This document shows positions 7,835-10,928 of a DNA stretch of 10,928 bases, piece by piece. The notes under the pieces were generated by a model, which was not told the origin of the DNA, did not search any database, and saw nothing but the letters and a program-made list of their open reading frames with translations. The position numbers and the translations under genes were made by a program. The stretch's first letter is position 1. Each line of letters starts with the position of its first letter. Source of the stretch: a bacterium (GTDB lineage: Bacteria > SZUA-182 > DTGQ01 > JAFGSM01); assembly GCA_049472355.1 (NCBI GenBank), contig JBLIRP010000108.1, positions 1-10,928 on the forward strand, read 5' to 3'.

Positions 7835-8813
7835 AAAAACCGTCATTCTCATCATATTCCTGTGTATACTGGTCGGCATCGCCTATTTCATGAACCGGCC
7901 CGCCAAAAAGGCGAAAGAGCCGGCACTCTTTCCCGGGTTTGATGCGGAAAAGGCCGTGGCCATTCGCATTAACGGTGAACGCGGCATGCTCACCCTCTCC
8001 AAGGTGGACGGCCGATGGATTGCGGTTGAGCAGGACAACCTTCCCGCGGACAACGATCAGGTAAAACAGGCCCTCCAGACCATTGCCGAGATCGACCGGG
8101 ACAACGTTGTATCCAGGAATCCCGATAAACAGGGAATATTCGAGGTTGATCCGAACAGCGGGTTCGAGGTCCTTGTGCAGGGTGAAGGTGACACCCCACT
8201 CGCCCACTTTTACATAGGAAAAAATGGACCTGATTTTATGAGCACCTATGTTCGTAAGGCCGGCAGCGACGAGGTCATCCTGTACAGTGGGTTTCATTTG
8301 AAATCCAGGTTTGACAAGCCTGCCGATACCTGGCTGGACAGATTCGTCCTCCTCGTTCAGGAGCCCGATGTGGACCGCATTGAATTCAGCACACCGGATG
8401 GCTCATACAGTATCGTCCAGGTGCGTGACGAGGGAAAATGGCGGATGGAGACGCCGGAAGAGGCCGAGGTGAAGGAGGATATGATCAAGGACATGACCCA
8501 GACCCTGTTTAATCTTCGGGCAACCAAGGTCCAGCGTCTGAAGCCCGATCAATCCCTGAAGGAATTCAACATTGATCCCCCCTCCGTGACCATTACCGTG
8601 GGCATGGCCGATGAGACCGCAACAACGCTCCTCATCAGCTCGAAAAATGAAAAGACGGAGGAATTCTTCGTCAAGCCCGTAGACCGGGATGTCATCTATA
8701 CCGTGGGCGCCTTCTCCGTAAACAAGCTCAACAAGAAATGGCAGCAGATCAAGGACGAAGCCCCGCCTCCCCCGCAGGAATCCGTACCAGCCCCTCCCGA
8801 AGAGAACACGTAA
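7824..8813 (+). CDS. DUF4340 domain-containing protein (single N-terminal TM; usual fourth gene of gldAFG-like operons)
   Basis: MNYKKTVILIIF TM anchor and two internally repeated modules (...LSKVDGRW...PADNDQV...YIGK...YVR; ...EGKWRMETP...LLISSK...FFVK), Pro-rich tail. The ATG at 7824 overlaps the gldG-like stop by 11 nt and is preferred over TTG 7818. Confidence 0.85.
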   Translation: MNYKKTVILIIFLCILVGIAYFMNRPAKKAKEPALFPGFDAEKAVAIRINGERGMLTLSKVDGRWIAVEQDNLPADNDQVKQALQTIAEIDRDNVVSRNPDKQGIFEVDPNSGFEVLVQGEGDTPLAHFYIGKNGPDFMSTYVRKAGSDEVILYSGFHLKSRFDKPADTWLDRFVLLVQEPDVDRIEFSTPDGSYSIVQVRDEGKWRMETPEEAEVKEDMIKDMTQTLFNLRATKVQRLKPDQSLKEFNIDPPSVTITVGMADETATTLLISSKNEKTEEFFVKPVDRDVIYTVGAFSVNKLNKKWQQIKDEAPPPPQESVPAPPEENT

Positions 8814-9099
8814 CGCCCCTGTTATGTTGGCCCCGGCGTTCGTGCGGCCTGCGGTTCAATCCGGGTATCGAACATGCAGCGGCATTATGGACTCGCCACA
8901 ATGAAACTCCCTGCATACCTCTGCAACTTGATTCACAGGTTGCATGCCCGTCCGGCGGCAACACAACTCCCGCCTCATTCCCTTCACCAGTAGGCACCGC
9001 AATCCCCCCCGGGGTGTACAGACCTGATCTGCGGTATATATCTTGCTTAAAATAAAGAAGATATCGGGGTATAGTGTATCAATCATACATACTCCACCA

Positions 9100-9128
9100 T
9101 TGTCTTTTTTGGCTCCATATGGTATATT
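9100..9128 (+). promoter_or_regulatory. Sigma-70-type promoter with extended -10 for the Gly/Tyr-repeat gene
   Basis: TTGTCT (9100-9105), 17-nt spacer, TGg-TATATT (9120-9128), followed by a very AT-rich stretch (9123-9160). Confidence 0.55.
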
Positions 9129-9159
9129 AACTATATAAATTCAATAAGATAATAATTTA

Positions 9160-9211
9160 ATGTTCAGGGCGACCTTCCGCGATCATGGAGGAGGATGATT
9201 GCCCTGAACAT
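9160..9211 (+). promoter_or_regulatory. Stable stem-loop in the 5' leader of the Gly/Tyr-repeat gene
   Basis: ATGTTCAGGGC (9160-9170) pairs perfectly with GCCCTGAACAT (9201-9211), extended by GA/TT and an inner CTTCC/GGAGG pairing. Confidence 0.55.
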
Positions 9212-9335
9212 GCACTGCGATTCTTCACGCATCGATTATGTGTGGAGCCGTTGGAGCGGAGAACGGATTCTGTGCGTAAATGACCAGGGCGGATAGAAGA
9301 CGACGCGCCTGCAGTTTGGTTAGGGAGTGAACGGA

Positions 9336-10436
9336 ATGAGAAGATTCGGAAAAATCAAGCTATGCTCCATCCTGAGTGTATTCCTTGTCCTTGCCATATG
9401 TCTTTGCGTGGTCCAGGGCATACTGAGGGCATCCGATACCCAGATCTCCATCAGAAAGGAAACCGGTTTTCCCCTTGCCCCGGACCCCAATGAGGTCTAC
9501 GACCACATCATGATGAAAATCAGGCCGTATGACAAAAACTTTCGTCTCGCACTGAGCATGTATATGGATAACGGGGAGTACCTCTGGATTTACTATACAC
9601 CGACAAATGTCCAGCCGTACCAGGATTACGAGGGAGGCCCGATCCACGCCGGGCTCAATGCCACATTTACTGCAAAGCAATGGAACCTGATCACCCTCGA
9701 TGTGGGGGTCACCCTCGAAGAGGGCCTCGTCCTCCCGGAATTGCGGTCAATCCAGGAGATCGAACTGGTGGGCAACCGCTACGATCTCGCCTATATCATC
9801 GCCTTCCGGGAACTGCCTGACGGCAGCAGAAGCAACATCATCATAGACGATTTCAGCCTCCCCGGGCAAAACCTCACCACCCGGGGATGGAAGTCAGGCA
9901 CCATAAATTATTTCAGCATCGCCTTCGATTCCGATATGCGCGGCCACCTCAAGGCGGAATATACGCCTCCGTCCACCGATGACGATTCGGACGATGACAC
10001 TGAAGAGGATGCGAATCAACCTTACTACTATTACGGATATCCCTATTACAGCGGCTACTACGGAACCGGCTACTACGGCGGCGGCTACTATGGGAGCGGT
10101 TCCTACGGGGGCGGCTATTACGGCGGTGGATACTACGGCGGTGGCTACGGAGGTTACTACGGCGGTGGCTATGGCGGCGGGCTCTACGGCGGTGGCTATT
10201 ACGGCGGCGGCTATTACGGCGGTGGGCTCTACGGCGGCGGGCTCTACGGCGGCGGCTACGGAGGTTACTACGGCGGTGGCTATTACGGCGGCGGATACTA
10301 CGGCGGGCTCGGCCTCTATGGTGGGCTCTACGGCATGGGCCTCTATGGCGGGCTTGCAAGTTACTACGGGGGCCCCATCGGCATGGGAGGCCCCTTAGGG
10401 CTCGGTATCGGAGGGCTTGGCTGGCCCTTTATCTGA
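9336..10436 (+). CDS. Secreted hypothetical protein: signal peptide, putative CBM-like beta-sandwich domain, acidic linker, Gly/Tyr-rich repeat tail
   Basis: ATG 9336 has AGGGAG 8 nt upstream (alternative start GTG 9327). MRRFGKIK plus a hydrophobic core and LRA|SDT suggests a Sec signal. Globular region about 9432-9962, DDDSDDDTEED linker at 9978-10010, then ~137 aa of Gly/Tyr repeats to the stop. Confidence 0.85.
   Translation: MRRFGKIKLCSILSVFLVLAICLCVVQGILRASDTQISIRKETGFPLAPDPNEVYDHIMMKIRPYDKNFRLALSMYMDNGEYLWIYYTPTNVQPYQDYEGGPIHAGLNATFTAKQWNLITLDVGVTLEEGLVLPELRSIQEIELVGNRYDLAYIIAFRELPDGSRSNIIIDDFSLPGQNLTTRGWKSGTINYFSIAFDSDMRGHLKAEYTPPSTDDDSDDDTEEDANQPYYYYGYPYYSGYYGTGYYGGGYYGSGSYGGGYYGGGYYGGGYGGYYGGGYGGGLYGGGYYGGGYYGGGLYGGGLYGGGYGGYYGGGYYGGGYYGGLGLYGGLYGMGLYGGLASYYGGPIGMGGPLGLGIGGLGWPFI
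10023..10370 (+). repeat. Coding tandem repeat, degenerate 15-bp unit (e.g. TAC TAC GGC GGC GGC) encoding GGG[Y/L]Y
   Basis: Repeated tactacggcggcggc / ctctacggcggcggg variants. An exact 30-nt duplication GGCTACGGAGGTTACTACGGCGGTGGCTAT occurs at 10143-10172 and 10254-10283. Confidence 0.92.
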
Positions 10437-10526
10437 TCCCCCCAAACACGCACACCCCAGTCCGGTAAAAAGAATGATTCTTGCATAGGTACAGGGTGAC
10501 ATATAGTACCGGAGGGGGGAAAATCG

Positions 10527-10928
10527 ATGCGTATTGTGCCACGCCATGGGCACCGTGTTCTCATCATTCTCATACTATCCGTCCTGTTCCTCCCCTTTTC
10601 GGCACGGTCACAATTTCAGCCGCCCTTTTTTTCGCCCGGATTCTATAATCCTTTATTCGCACCTCGGACGACGCCGGCATTACCGGCGATCACCCTCATC
10701 AGGGAGTTCCCTGCCGGGCAGATCAACCAGGACCATGTCTCTTTCCTTCTGAAGACATCTTCACCCCTGAGTGTTATTCTGGATATATCAAGCCAAGGGG
10801 GGCAGTTGCTCCGAATCGAGATGATCCCTGAGAATACGGAAAATCCGCCCATAGCCCAGGGAAACCGCATCCTTGTTCCGGTAGGGAGCGAGAAGATCGA
10901 CGGGGCATGGCATGAATGGCTGTTGAGC
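10527..10928 (+). CDS. Secreted hypothetical protein, 3'-truncated; probable paralogue of the globular domain of the upstream Gly/Tyr protein (not in the supplied ORF track)
   Basis: RBS GGAGGGGGGA (10511-10520), ATG 10527, frame open for 134 codons to the window edge: MRIVPRHGHRVLIILILSVLFLPFSARS|QFQPPFFSPGFYNPLFAPRTTPALPAITLIREFPAGQINQDHVSFLLKTSSPLSVILDISSQGGQLLRIEMIPENTENPPIAQGNRILVPVGSEKIDGAWHEWLLS. Clear Sec signal with an A-x-S cleavage site. Confidence 0.85.
   Translation, partial: MRIVPRHGHRVLIILILSVLFLPFSARSQFQPPFFSPGFYNPLFAPRTTPALPAITLIREFPAGQINQDHVSFLLKTSSPLSVILDISSQGGQLLRIEMIPENTENPPIAQGNRILVPVGSEKIDGAWHEWLLS

Noticed and set aside
8738..9086. Short ORFs 8738-9055 (+), 8749-8997 (-), 8856-9086 (-), and 10534-10752 (+), 10643-10870 (-)
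   Set aside because: No convincing RBS or protein-like composition. The last two overlap the better-supported ORF starting at 10527.
9195..9326. 33-codon upstream ORF (MIALNMHCDSSRIDYVWSRWSGERILCVNDQGG) in frame with the Gly/Tyr gene, separated by two TAG codons; possible amber read-through or leader peptide
   Set aside because: Its SD is too close to the ATG and buried in a hairpin. Read-through would need two amber suppressions and would displace a good signal peptide that has its own RBS.
9390..9407. LAIC/CLC as a lipoprotein lipobox in the Gly/Tyr protein
   Set aside because: The residue before Cys is Ile or Leu, not G/A/S. Signal peptidase I cleavage after LRA fits better.
10023..10370. 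Repeat tract as a CRISPR array
   Set aside because: Degenerate 15-nt coding units without unique spacers, and no cas genes in the window.
9949..10398. Arg-rich minus-strand ORF and Thr/Ala-rich alternative-frame ORF over the repeat
   Set aside because: Both are frame-shifted or antisense readings of the stop-free Gly/Tyr repeat. Synonymous variation is consistent with the Gly/Tyr frame.
10481..10507. TTGCAT-15-TATAGT promoter before the last gene
   Set aside because: The 15-nt spacer is suboptimal. No terminator is visible after the Gly/Tyr gene, so co-transcription is equally plausible.

Overview
A 10.9-kb bacterial chromosomal segment with all credible genes on the + strand. Gene content suggests a Desulfobacterota/deltaproteobacteria-like or related uncultured diderm; that taxonomy is a guess. 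In order: the 3' end of a membrane-anchored peptidase-MA-like gene; a DUF1844 protein; an inositol-lipid-type CDP-alcohol phosphatidyltransferase directly followed by an RpoD-like sigma-70 factor lacking region 1.1; a DegP/HtrA (Do) protease with two PDZ domains; and a four-gene GldA/GldF/GldG-like ABC exporter plus DUF4340 operon behind a perfect TTGACA-16-TATAAT promoter and a structured ~170-nt leader. After a ~510-nt intergenic region come two adjacent secreted proteins that appear to share an uncharacterised beta-sandwich (CBM-like) domain. The first carries an acidic linker and a ~137-aa uncharged GGG[Y/L]Y repeat tail resembling suckerin/keratin-associated/prion-like structural proteins. 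The second (10527 to the window end) is absent from the supplied ORF track. This secreted Gly/Tyr-repeat protein pair is the best candidate for an undescribed system, e.g. a self-assembling extracellular matrix, sheath or adhesive. No rRNA, tRNA, CRISPR array or mobile element was seen.
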